Assembly: GCA_963727505.1 (NCBI GenBank)
Contig: CAVSGP010000010.1
Location: 38,583 to 102,582, forward strand
Reading direction: 5' to 3'
DNA from: an uncultured Trueperaceae bacterium
Lineage (GTDB): Bacteria > Deinococcota > Deinococci > Deinococcales > Trueperaceae
DNA: 64,000 nt
Part shown: in pieces, positions 55,244 to 64,000 of the stretch
Layout of the letters: each line of letters opens with the position of its first letter
How positions within the stretch are numbered: the first letter of the stretch is position 1
The notes under the pieces: generated by a model
Databases searched by the model: none
What the model was told of the DNA's origin: nothing
The model's input: the letters and a program-made list of their open reading frames with translations, nothing else
Program-made: the position numbers and the translations under genes

Positions 55244-55515
55244 ACGTCTGAGTCGCAACCGCCGCCCTATCGTTGTCATGCCGTTCCAAACGGCCGATTG
55301 CGAGATTCTGGGCCAAATGTCCCTTCCGTCTGCTTTGTGGGCTTGGCGTCACTGACGCCGCCCGAACCTATTGAAACAATGAGCGTCGAGGGAGCCATGC
55401 TTACGCCTCGCCCCAGAACCCGCAGACCATGCAAGCCTGCGGCAGGTGGGCGTGAAACGAAGCAAGATCTCCTCATTCGTTCGCCGTATCCGAAGCTCGG
55501 AAGGAGCACGTTAGT

Positions 55516-57188
55516 ATGAGGACGCGATCTGCATCGACCTTTCCCGTCGTCTACAAAATGATCGCCGATGCCATCATGGGCGCCGTCGCGCTGACGATGG
55601 CATCGCTGGTGGGCCTTTTTCTGGCGGTCAATGCCACCGGGAACATACCCTCGGCTGCGGTCGACAACATTGGCCGCCATCTCCTGGTACAGATACCTGT
55701 GCTCGTGGCACTGATGCTCGCGGTGTACGCGGCTTGGGGCGCCTACGGCCGTCGTGTGCGCGGCCTCCGGATGGCCGCCAAAGCCGTCCAGCTCGTCGGC
55801 TCGGCAACGCTGGTGTTCGCCTCCTTCGGCCTCCTCCAAGTGGCCTTTCCGGTCCCGCTTCGCGTGCCGCTCGACGTCCTGGTAGCGGCATGGGCTCTCG
55901 AGGTCGGTCTGGTACTCGGCTCGCGCTATTGGTCGAGTATGTTGCAATCGCTGGCCTTCAACGAGGCGTTCGCGTCGGTGCGCTCGGCGGCGACCCTGAG
56001 AATCGGCGGCGTGTACTGGTCATAGGCGGCGCCGGCTACATCGGATCCGCCTTGCTCAAACGCCTGCTGGCCGCTGGCTACCAGGTGCGGGTGCTCGACC
56101 TCCTGCTCTTCGGCGAGAAGCCCATCGCCGACGTCCTGGGCAACCCCGACCTGGAGGTCGTTCGCGCCGACTTCCGTCAGGTCGACCAGCTCGTGTCCGC
56201 GATGAGGGGCGTCGATGCCGTTGTCCACCTCGGGGGCCTGGTCGGCGATCCGGCCTGCGCGCTTGATGAGAACCTGACGACCGAAGTCAACCTGGACTTC
56301 AGCCGTCTCATCGCCGAGGTCGCCAAGGGCGCCGGTGTGACGCGCTTCGTGTTCGCCAGCAGCTGCTCGGTATATGGCGCCTCGGATGAGGTGCTGAACG
56401 AGACCTCGACGCTCAATCCTGTGTCGCTCTACGCTCGAAGCAAGATCGCGTCGGAGAACGTGCTGTTCGAGATGGCTGGCACCGACTTCGCGCCCACCAT
56501 GCTGCGCTTCGGTACGATCTACGGGCTGTCGGGACGCTCACGCTTCGACCTGGTGGTGAACTTGCTAGCGGCCAAGGCGGTGAAGGAAGGGGTTATCACC
56601 GTATTCGGGGGCGAGCAGTGGCGCCCCTTCGTCCACGTCGACGATGCGGCGCGTGCCGTGCTGATGGCCCTTCAAGCCCCGCTGGCGTCTGTGCGTAACG
56701 AGATCTTCAACGTCGGGTCTGATGAGCAGAACGCCACGCTTGGCGACATCGGGCGGCTGGTCAATCAAGTGGTTCCCGAGGCAGAGTACATCGACTCTGG
56801 CCTCGACGGCGACCGTCGCAACTACCGTGTCGACTTCGCCAAGGCCCGCAACGAGCTCGGCTTCACACCCCAGTGGACGCTCGAGGCGGGCGTCCGGCAG
56901 GTGGTGGACGCAGTGCGTAGTGGCACCGTCGCGGACTACAAGGACCCCATGCACAGCAACGTGCGCTTCTTGTTGGACGGCTTGGCACCCCGCTATCAGC
57001 GCGTCCGCAAGGGCTGGGCGAACGAGCGCATCGGGCGAGACGTTGCTCGCCTCGCAAAGGACCATGCCGACGCCCTGAGCGCCTTGCCGAACGACAGCGG
57101 CAACCCAGGCGACGAAGCAGCGGCATCCGCTCGACCGACAAGGGTCTCCGCCACCGCTCGGATGAGGAGCTCGAAGGCGGGCGCCTGA
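55516..57188 (+). CDS. Membrane-anchored (about 4 TM) NAD-dependent epimerase/dehydratase, paralog B (frameshift near 55990)
   Basis: TM ORF 55516-56025 continues into RRVLVIGGAGYIGS, a domain closely similar to paralog A. Confidence 0.86.
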
Positions 57189-57245
57189 TCGTTAGGCGGT
57201 TCCCAGAATGACGTCCGAGGCCGAAAGGTGACTTCGCATCAAGCT

Positions 57246-57285
57246 CCAGATGGACGCGGCCAACGCCCGCCCCGCGTCCATCTGG
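57246..57285. terminator. 14-bp perfect inverted repeat after epimerase paralog B
   Basis: CCAGATGGACGCGG-12 nt-CCGCGTCCATCTGG. Confidence 0.5.
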
Positions 57286-57366
57286 CTGATCGATCGAAGA
57301 TGAAAGCTGCGTGCTACTGTGTCCCTTATGGAAACAAGGGGGGCCGGCAACGGCCGTGAGCCTGGT

Positions 57367-58029
57367 ATGCCGCATGCAAGCGTAACCATCGAGCTGCTGC
57401 AACGGCGCCATCTCCAGTCCCTGGCGGCAGCGCATGCGGCTTGCTTCCCGGACTACTTCCTGACGAATATGGGGCTGCCGTTCCTGCAGCGATACTACGA
57501 GGTCTATGTCGACTTTCCGGAGGCGTTCGGCGTCGTCGCCGTCAACAGCGGCGGGGGCGTGGTGGCGTTCGCCGCGGGCACGGCGGATTTATCGCGGCAC
57601 GACGCGGTGCTCATGAGATCTCATCCACTTGCCGTGGTCTGGGCTGTGACGAAGGCCGCTGCTCTCAACAAATCAGTACGTCAGCAGGCCCTGCAGCGGC
57701 TTACCCGCATCGGCAAGGTGATGTCTCGGGCTCTGCGCGGGCCCGACAAGTCTGCTACCGCGCCTTCCGGCAACGGATCGCCACCCTTGCAGACCATGAC
57801 CTTGACGTCGATAGGCGTGCTGCCGGATCATCAAGGCAGCGGACTCAGCATGACCATCATCGATGCCTTCGAGCGCGAAGTGCACCGATTGGGGAGACAG
57901 CGCATAAAGGCAAGCACGAGGTTCGATGACCCCCGTGCGCGGGCATTCTACGAGAAGGCCGGTTGGGTCGTAACGGCCGTACGCGAGGAAGCCAACGGCA
58001 TCGACTTCGAGCGCGTCCTGGCCGACTAG
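57367..58029 (+). CDS. GNAT family N-acetyltransferase
   Basis: LTSIGVLPDHQGSGL (motif A) and ARAFYEKAGW (motif B). Confidence 0.85.
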   Translation: MPHASVTIELLQRRHLQSLAAAHAACFPDYFLTNMGLPFLQRYYEVYVDFPEAFGVVAVNSGGGVVAFAAGTADLSRHDAVLMRSHPLAVVWAVTKAAALNKSVRQQALQRLTRIGKVMSRALRGPDKSATAPSGNGSPPLQTMTLTSIGVLPDHQGSGLSMTIIDAFEREVHRLGRQRIKASTRFDDPRARAFYEKAGWVVTAVREEANGIDFERVLAD

Positions 58030-58107
58030 CTTGACGCAGCGCGCGGCCGTCAACCGGCTGGCCCTTGCCTGCCGCCGTTGACTGTCTGGACCGGCAACGC
58101 ACGCCCG

Positions 58108-59955
58108 TCAGTGTGCGTTCTGTTCGTACCAGAGGCTCAACACCAACAGGACCCAGAGCTGCCTGTTGCGGTCGCGTTGTCCACTCATGTGCTCTGCCAG
58201 GAGTCTCTCGACTTCACCTGCCTGTGTGATCCCTACCGATGCCATTCGCGAGGGCTCGAGCATGTCGAAGGTAAGGTCCCGCAGCTCGTGGCGCAACCAG
58301 CTGGCCAGCGGCACGGCGAAACCTATCTTCGGGCGGTCCACCAGCTCGCGCGGAACCTTACGGTAAAGGAGGTTCTTGAGCACGCGCTTGCGGCTCACCA
58401 GCCCGGGACGCAATCGCAGCGACCACTCGATGAGGCGGTGATCGAGGAACGGGGCGCGACTCTCAAGCGAGACCGACATCGAAGCGCGATCGACCTTGGT
58501 TAGGATCGCCTCGGGCAGGTACGTGTACACGTCGGTGATCATCGCCCGCCGCCTAGGAGGCAGGGCGGCCGTGGCCGACCACACACGCTCGTATTCCGCG
58601 TAGCCGGGAGAGCTCCGACCCGTCATGGCCTCAACGTCACGCCGTTTGATGAAGCTGACGAATGGATGGTAGAGATCCGTGTTGACGGCCGAGTCGAGCA
58701 GCCCGGCGACACGAGCAAACGGCCCTCCTGAGGCACGGAGTACGCCCCGAGCGCCACTCTGGAGAGGCCCTAGCGCCTTCAACAGAGCGTTCACCTTCTC
58801 GATGCCCCGGTAGCGCTTGTAGCCGCCGAACAACTCGTCAGCGCCGTCACCCGAGAGGCTCACGGTGACGTGCTTGCGCGCGATGCTGGATACCAGCTGT
58901 GTGGGAAGCGCCGAGCAATCGCCGAAAGGCTCTCCGTACAAGCCCGGTATCGATGCGACGCGCTCTAGGGAAGCGTTGGCGCTAAGGATCTCGGTGGTAT
59001 GGTCTGTGCCGAGGTAGTCGGCGACCCGTTGCGCATATGGGGACTCGTCATGTTCCGCCTCCTCGAAGCCAATGGTGAAGGTCCTGACCGGAGCGGAGCT
59101 GGCCTCGACCATCATCGCGACCACGGCGGTGGAGTCTATGCCGCCGGAGAGGAATGCGCCGAGGGGCACATCCGAAATCATCTGCTGCCGGACGGCCCGG
59201 CCCAGCAACGCCTCCAGTTGCTCGACGGCTTCCTCCTCCCTGATCTCCATGGGTCCGCTGAGCGCCACAGTCAACGGGTCCCAGTAGCGCCACGAGCGCA
59301 GTCCGTCCCTGTCAACCGTCATGGCGTGCCCCGGCGGGAGCTTCCGCGCACCCCGGTAGATCGTGAGAGGCGCAGGAACGTACTGGTGCTCGAGGTACAT
59401 GGCTACCGCATCCGGGTCAATACCGCTGTCGACCCAAGGCAGCTCGCGGAGCGCGGTCAACTCGGAAGCGAACGCGAACGCCTTGTCAGCGCTCGCGTAG
59501 TAGAGCGGCTTCTCCCCAGCGCGGTCGCGGGCAAGAAACATCCGTTGCTCAACGTCATCCCAGATCGCGAAGGCGAACATCCCCACCATGCGCTCCAACA
59601 GGGCTTCGCCCCACCGGGCGAAGCCCTCGAGAACGACCTCGGTGTCACTGGACGACAGAAACTGCGTACCACTGGCCTCCAGTTCCTCACGCAGCTCAAG
59701 GTAGTTGTACAGCTCCCCGTTATAGGTCAGTACGTAGCGCCCGCCTCGCGAGACCATCGGCTGGTGGCCGGCGGGCGACACATCAAGGATCGACAGCCGC
59801 CTGTGGCCCAGCATAACCGTGCCAGCTTGGTTCACCCATACGCCGTGGTCGTCCGGGCCGCGATGGCGTATGGCATCCATCGCGGCGCCGATGCGCTCGC
59901 GACGGGCGTCCAGCCCACCATGCGCTCTTTCCCAGGTACCGACGATGCCGCACAT
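58108..59955 (-). CDS. asnB: Asparagine synthase (glutamine-hydrolysing)-like amidotransferase 2, EPS-associated
   Basis: MCGIVG with catalytic Cys, HRGPDD, GHRRLSI, FLSGGIDS, SGDGADE and KVDRASMSVSLESRAPFLD; intact. Confidence 0.92.
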   Translation of the reverse strand: MCGIVGTWERAHGGLDARRERIGAAMDAIRHRGPDDHGVWVNQAGTVMLGHRRLSILDVSPAGHQPMVSRGGRYVLTYNGELYNYLELREELEASGTQFLSSSDTEVVLEGFARWGEALLERMVGMFAFAIWDDVEQRMFLARDRAGEKPLYYASADKAFAFASELTALRELPWVDSGIDPDAVAMYLEHQYVPAPLTIYRGARKLPPGHAMTVDRDGLRSWRYWDPLTVALSGPMEIREEEAVEQLEALLGRAVRQQMISDVPLGAFLSGGIDSTAVVAMMVEASSAPVRTFTIGFEEAEHDESPYAQRVADYLGTDHTTEILSANASLERVASIPGLYGEPFGDCSALPTQLVSSIARKHVTVSLSGDGADELFGGYKRYRGIEKVNALLKALGPLQSGARGVLRASGGPFARVAGLLDSAVNTDLYHPFVSFIKRRDVEAMTGRSSPGYAEYERVWSATAALPPRRRAMITDVYTYLPEAILTKVDRASMSVSLESRAPFLDHRLIEWSLRLRPGLVSRKRVLKNLLYRKVPRELVDRPKIGFAVPLASWLRHELRDLTFDMLEPSRMASVGITQAGEVERLLAEHMSGQRDRNRQLWVLLVLSLWYEQNAH

Positions 59956-60051
59956 ATCCCTACCCCTTAGCGTGGCGTCCACACCACTTGCGCTCGCAGC
60001 AGCCTCTGTTCGGGCGCTCCTGGAGCTCAGCACCAAGCCCATCATCGAGTC

Positions 60052-60909
60052 TCACCCGCTGGATCCGACCGCTTCGGGCGTGAGATCGAGCACCGTGAGT
60101 TCGGCCGGACACGCCACCCGCATCGGCACCAACGTCACACCCAGTCCGCGGGTAACGTAGCCGCGCGCGGGCCCCCGCACCCAACCTTGCGCGAACCGAC
60201 GGCCGTAGGCAGAGGAGGTCACGATCGGGCCAACCAGCGGCACACACACCTGGCCACCATGAGTGTGGCCACAAAGCGTCACGGAGACATCCTCCGGCAC
60301 CTCCGGAAGAACGTCGGGGTTGTGGGAGAGCAGCACGCACGGCCGGCCCTCGCGGCCCGCCAATGCCGCTGGCAGATCGGGTCGCCCGGTTCGATAATCG
60401 TCGATCCCGGCGAGATAGACGTCGTCCCGCACGCGCACGCCGCTGTTCAGGAGCAAGCCCACACCTACGCCCGCCAACGACCGAGCGAACGCCGGAAGGT
60501 CGGAGACGCACCGGTGATCATGGTTACCCCACACGGCATACACCCCGAGCGGGGCCCGCAGGCGCCGCAGCTCAGCCAGCAGTGCGCGCGCGTCCTCCCC
60601 TGGATCCTCGTCTACCAGATCGCCGTCCAGCACGATCAGGTCGGGTCGTTGGGCGAGGGTAGCGTCCACCCACCGGGCCACCGACCCGGCGCGGACGTAC
60701 GGCCCGTAATGCAGGTCGGCTAGCAGCGCCAGCCGCAAGGGGCGTCCCAGGCCTGCTACGGGGACGACGTGGCGCTCAACGCCGAAGCGATACGCGCTAG
60801 CCACGCCGCCACCCGCCAGCGCCAGGAACCCTGCCCCGACCATCCACAGCACAGCCTTCCTCCGTGAAACACGCAGGTCGCGACCTTCGGTCTCTGGCGT
60901 CCTCGCCAC
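60052..60909 (-). CDS. Calcineurin-like metallophosphoesterase (YkuE/YaeI-like), possible Tat signal
   Basis: DLHYG, GDLVD, GNHD, SHNPD and GHTHGGQ; SRRKAVL followed by a hydrophobic stretch; start uncertain. Confidence 0.88.
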   Translation of the reverse strand: MARTPETEGRDLRVSRRKAVLWMVGAGFLALAGGGVASAYRFGVERHVVPVAGLGRPLRLALLADLHYGPYVRAGSVARWVDATLAQRPDLIVLDGDLVDEDPGEDARALLAELRRLRAPLGVYAVWGNHDHRCVSDLPAFARSLAGVGVGLLLNSGVRVRDDVYLAGIDDYRTGRPDLPAALAGREGRPCVLLSHNPDVLPEVPEDVSVTLCGHTHGGQVCVPLVGPIVTSSAYGRRFAQGWVRGPARGYVTRGLGVTLVPMRVACPAELTVLDLTPEAVGSSG

Positions 60910-60937
60910 GCTTCCACCACTCCAGCCCGCGGCCCGC

Positions 60938-62545
60938 CTACCGGCGCGTACCGACTCCCTGCCGCTGGCCTTCCTTCGCATGTGTCCTCTGGGGGTCGGA
61001 TCCAAGACGCTCGAACGACTCTGCGCCCCGACCTGCAACTGCACGCTTCCGTTGATGCGGCGAAGCCTCCGTCAAGACCGTACCGAGCAACCGCACGTCG
61101 GCCTCCCGCAGCAACGTCAGCGCGCGGTCGAGTTGCTCTCGGGTGGTAGCACGCTGGCTGGCGCACACGACGACGCCATCGCAGTATGGAGCCAGGATCA
61201 TGGCGTCGGCGTACGGCAGCAGCGGCGGCGCGTCCACCACCACGACATCGTAATCCGCTCGCCAGCCGTCGAGCCGCACACCGAATGAGGCGCTAAGGAG
61301 TTCCGCTGGATATGGGGCAGGTTTGAAGCTGGCGATGAAGTCGAACGTGCGTTCGCCACCTACCTCAACACTCAAGGCCGCAATGCGCGTACCGGGGTTC
61401 TCGAGGTAATCCTTCAGCTGCGCCCTCAATTTCGTCGGGGGCGGGTTCGACCCGACGGCACTACCCGCCTGCCGCAGGTCCGCATCGATCAGCAGCGTAG
61501 CGTAGCCGGAGCGAGCGAAGCTCTCCGCCAAACTGACCGCCACGCCACTCTTCTCCTGGCCACTGTCCGGACTGGTGATGGCTACCACGATGGGAAGCTG
61601 GCGACCAGCGGCCGACAATAGCACGTTGGCCCGCAAGAAGTTCGCGGCCTCGCCCGCCCACCGATGCACCTTCCGCTTGCGGCGGGCGAACGTTGCCATG
61701 ACCGGGCCAGCGCCGAGCGCCACGATGTCGTCTGCGCCGCGCAGATGGGTGTCGAGCGACCAGCGCAAGAAAAGGAGCAGGTATCCTAGAGCCAATCCAA
61801 ACGCCATCGCTATCGCGGTCTTCAGAAGCGTCCGCGGCCCAATCGCCGAGTTCGGCTTGGTAGCCGTCGCAAGCGGCTCCAGCAGTCCCACGTACACCGC
61901 CGACTCAGCGGTGGAGCGCGCCGCTTGCAGCTCGCTCGTGCGACGCTGCAGCTGGCTCCTCAGCGAATCGAGTGAATCCTGCGACATGTTCGGGGCCTTG
62001 AGCTGTTGCTGCATCGTCTGGATCGAGCGCTGGATGGCGTCGATCGACTGCTGGAGGCTTCGTTGCGCCCGTTCCCGGTCCCATGCCACGAGCGAGCTGG
62101 CGACCTCGTTGGCGGCACGCGCGGCGAGCTCCGGGTCTCTGGCCTGCACCTGAATGGAGATGACACTCGAGAGAGTCTTCCGGTCGATCGAGACCGTCAT
62201 TTGCCTGCGGAACGACCGTACGTCGGCCTCGCTCGGCGCCTTGCCTTCGACGGCCGTTAACGCATCGGGGACCACCGGTCCATCAAGCAACACCGACTGG
62301 TAAACGCTGGGGTCGACAGGCGACGGCACGACAACGGTGCTAGTACCGTAGCCGTTGCTCTTTGGCGACGCCAGCAGCGAGGCCGTAGCCTGGTAGACGG
62401 GGCTCTCCCGACTCGTAAAGAGGTAGGCAGCGCCACCCGCCAGCACCGCAAGCACCATTGCAAAACCAACACCCCGCCCAAGGAAACCGAGGAGGTCCTT
62501 GAAGCTCATGGTCTTCGGGGGGGCGGCGTCGTGGAGATTGTCCAT
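60938..62545 (-). CDS. Wzc-like polysaccharide co-polymerase 3
   Basis: Paralog of 31901 (VDPSVYQ, AANxxAxxLxxWDR, GLLxPL); TSPDSGQEKS, LLIDADLR and VVVDAPP. Confidence 0.87.
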   Translation of the reverse strand: MDNLHDAAPPKTMSFKDLLGFLGRGVGFAMVLAVLAGGAAYLFTSRESPVYQATASLLASPKSNGYGTSTVVVPSPVDPSVYQSVLLDGPVVPDALTAVEGKAPSEADVRSFRRQMTVSIDRKTLSSVISIQVQARDPELAARAANEVASSLVAWDRERAQRSLQQSIDAIQRSIQTMQQQLKAPNMSQDSLDSLRSQLQRRTSELQAARSTAESAVYVGLLEPLATATKPNSAIGPRTLLKTAIAMAFGLALGYLLLFLRWSLDTHLRGADDIVALGAGPVMATFARRKRKVHRWAGEAANFLRANVLLSAAGRQLPIVVAITSPDSGQEKSGVAVSLAESFARSGYATLLIDADLRQAGSAVGSNPPPTKLRAQLKDYLENPGTRIAALSVEVGGERTFDFIASFKPAPYPAELLSASFGVRLDGWRADYDVVVVDAPPLLPYADAMILAPYCDGVVVCASQRATTREQLDRALTLLREADVRLLGTVLTEASPHQRKRAVAGRGAESFERLGSDPQRTHAKEGQRQGVGTRR

Positions 62546-62871
62546 GGAAAGCGCTACGGGAGAGGATAGCAGATCCGACCCGTCCGTTCCGTAACAAACG
62601 CCCCCTACTTCGCCGCAGAACTCCGAGATCGACGGCCCGTGGTGGACGAAATCGACTGCGTGCTGCGGAACACGGCGTCGCGCGGAACCACGGGCATCTC
62701 GCCCAAGACGCTCCCTCGCCTGCCCCAGCGCTCCGCCGACGCCATTCTCAGAGAAGGAAGAACTCGGGGCCCCGCGTCGTTACGTGAAGACACCGACCGA
62801 CTCGCCACCGCTGCGGACGCGCCCGGCCCTGTGCTGGAGGCAACACCGGCTGCAGACCGCTGGCCAAAGCC

Positions 62872-63054
62872 CTACTCGATCGGCTCGCCCGAGCGATCGA
62901 CCACGCCAGGTCCCTGCCGACCGGCGGCCCCCTCGAGCGGAAGGCCTTCGCTCTCCTGGAGGATGAGCCGGTCGAGGAGATACTCCTCGACGGTGCGCTC
63001 GGACACCCCGAGCCTGCGTGCGATCTCCTTGATCTTGGCCGCGTCGACTTTCAC
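62872..63054 (-). CDS. Small helix-turn-helix protein
   Basis: IKEIARRLGVSERTVEEY HTH pattern; GAGGT RBS-like sequence upstream of GTG. Confidence 0.55.
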   Translation of the reverse strand: MKVDAAKIKEIARRLGVSERTVEEYLLDRLILQESEGLPLEGAAGRQGPGVVDRSGEPIE

Positions 63055-63279
63055 CTACGACACCTCGCTCCCCGATGTTCTCTCAGCCGGACCGCACGCC
63101 TCGCGCAGGACGCGTCGCGCACGGTGAGGGCCGGAACTGGCTTCGATTCGAGACGGCTCGGCTCGATAGCCTTGCGAGGGATGGAATAGCAAGCCACCGG
63201 CCACGCGGCCGGGGCCCTCGCTTCTCAGAATCCGGGGAGGACGACACCTTCGGCTAGGGACGCTTGTCCTGTACCAACA

Positions 63280-64000
63280 CTAGGCCGGTCCGTGCGCGCT
63301 CGACTCCGGCACCACCACCACGTGCGTCACCCGGGTGGCGAGGACGTCCGGCTCGACGCCCAGCTCCTCGAACCAGTCGGGCGGCTGCAGCGTGGCGACC
63401 AAGCCGCCGTCCTCCCAGGAGAGCTCCAGCAGACTGCCGTCGGAGGTGCGGGCGTCGAGCGCCCGCGCCCGGCCGACGAAGCGCAGGTGCCACGCCGCGG
63501 ACGCGGGGGGTTCCGGCAGCGGGCGGACGGCCGCGACCCGGATGGTCAGGAGCGGCGTCGCCTGAGGATCGTCGCCCAACGAGCCGCCGTCCGGACCGGC
63601 GCCGCTCGGCGTCACCGCGAGCACCTCGACACGGGCGGGGACGCTCACCACATCGCCGTGGTAGGCGTCCATCACCACGTGGAGGACGGCGTCGGCGGCC
63701 GGCAGCGGCGCGCCCGCGCCACCGCCGCGTTCGTGGCCGGTGAGCGTGTCGCCGCCGGCGCCCGCGGCGCCACCTGTGCCGGCTGTGCCCACAGATCCCA
63801 CAGTGCGGTCGGCCGGCTGCCCGTCGCCGGACCCGTCCCCCGCCGCGGCCAGGGCCGCCAAATCCAGGACCTCGAACCCCTCCGCGCTGTTGCCCCCCAG
63901 CTCGTTGCCCCCCAGCTCGGCGTCCTCCAGCTCGTTCGCGGCGCCGTAGCCGGCCTCGTACACGTCCTCCCCCAGCAGCTCCCGGATCGGCTCGGGCAGG
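63280..64000 (-). CDS. Hypothetical acidic protein (3' part; runs off window end)
   Basis: Open frame with genome-like codon use; 3 x 15-bp repeat (ELGGN) at 63889-63933; no family recognised. Confidence 0.55.
   Translation of the reverse strand, partial: LPEPIRELLGEDVYEAGYGAANELEDAELGGNELGGNSAEGFEVLDLAALAAAGDGSGDGQPADRTVGSVGTAGTGGAAGAGGDTLTGHERGGGAGAPLPAADAVLHVVMDAYHGDVVSVPARVEVLAVTPSGAGPDGGSLGDDPQATPLLTIRVAAVRPLPEPPASAAWHLRFVGRARALDARTSDGSLLELSWEDGGLVATLQPPDWFEELGVEPDVLATRVTHVVVVPESSAHGPA

Overview
High-GC bacterial DNA, most likely Deinococcota (Truepera/Thermus-like), judged from the L32 N-terminus MAKHPVPKK, an rpmF-fabH-fabD-fabG-acpP-fabF cluster without plsX, and several near-leaderless promoters. 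It reads like an unpolished long-read consensus: fabD and fabG, normally essential, carry single-base lesions, and frameshifts become very dense at about 34.8-38 kb and moderate at about 41-56 kb. Bases 1-25.4 kb are core-like: mutM (partial), hisA, a REC-BTAD regulator, yceD, rpmF, the fab cluster, a BadF-type kinase with a sugar ABC transporter, a large Ig-repeat lipoprotein, a methyltransferase, murJ, ferredoxin-hemG-hemN, an orphan AbiEi-like gene beside a REP-like repeat family, an aldo-keto reductase and azlCD. Bases 25.4-62.6 kb form a mosaic Wzx/Wzy-type exopolysaccharide island. It holds a GalE-like epimerase and a collapsed relic of one, two inverted membrane-anchored epimerase paralogs, three Wzc-like co-polymerases with degenerate Walker A motifs and no Tyr cluster, a DegT aminotransferase, a short priming transferase, GT4 enzymes, Wzy, Wzx, a probable sulfatase-fold gene, a PL9-like lipoprotein and an internally deleted IS30. 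The best candidate for an undescribed system is an operon of AsnB-like amidotransferase, adenylation enzyme, dedicated carrier protein, NadE-like enzyme and tandem GNAT, which looks like a thiotemplated route for decorating the polysaccharide with an amidated (amino)acyl group. No rRNA, tRNA or CRISPR array was seen. All assignments come from motif recognition by eye; no searches were run.
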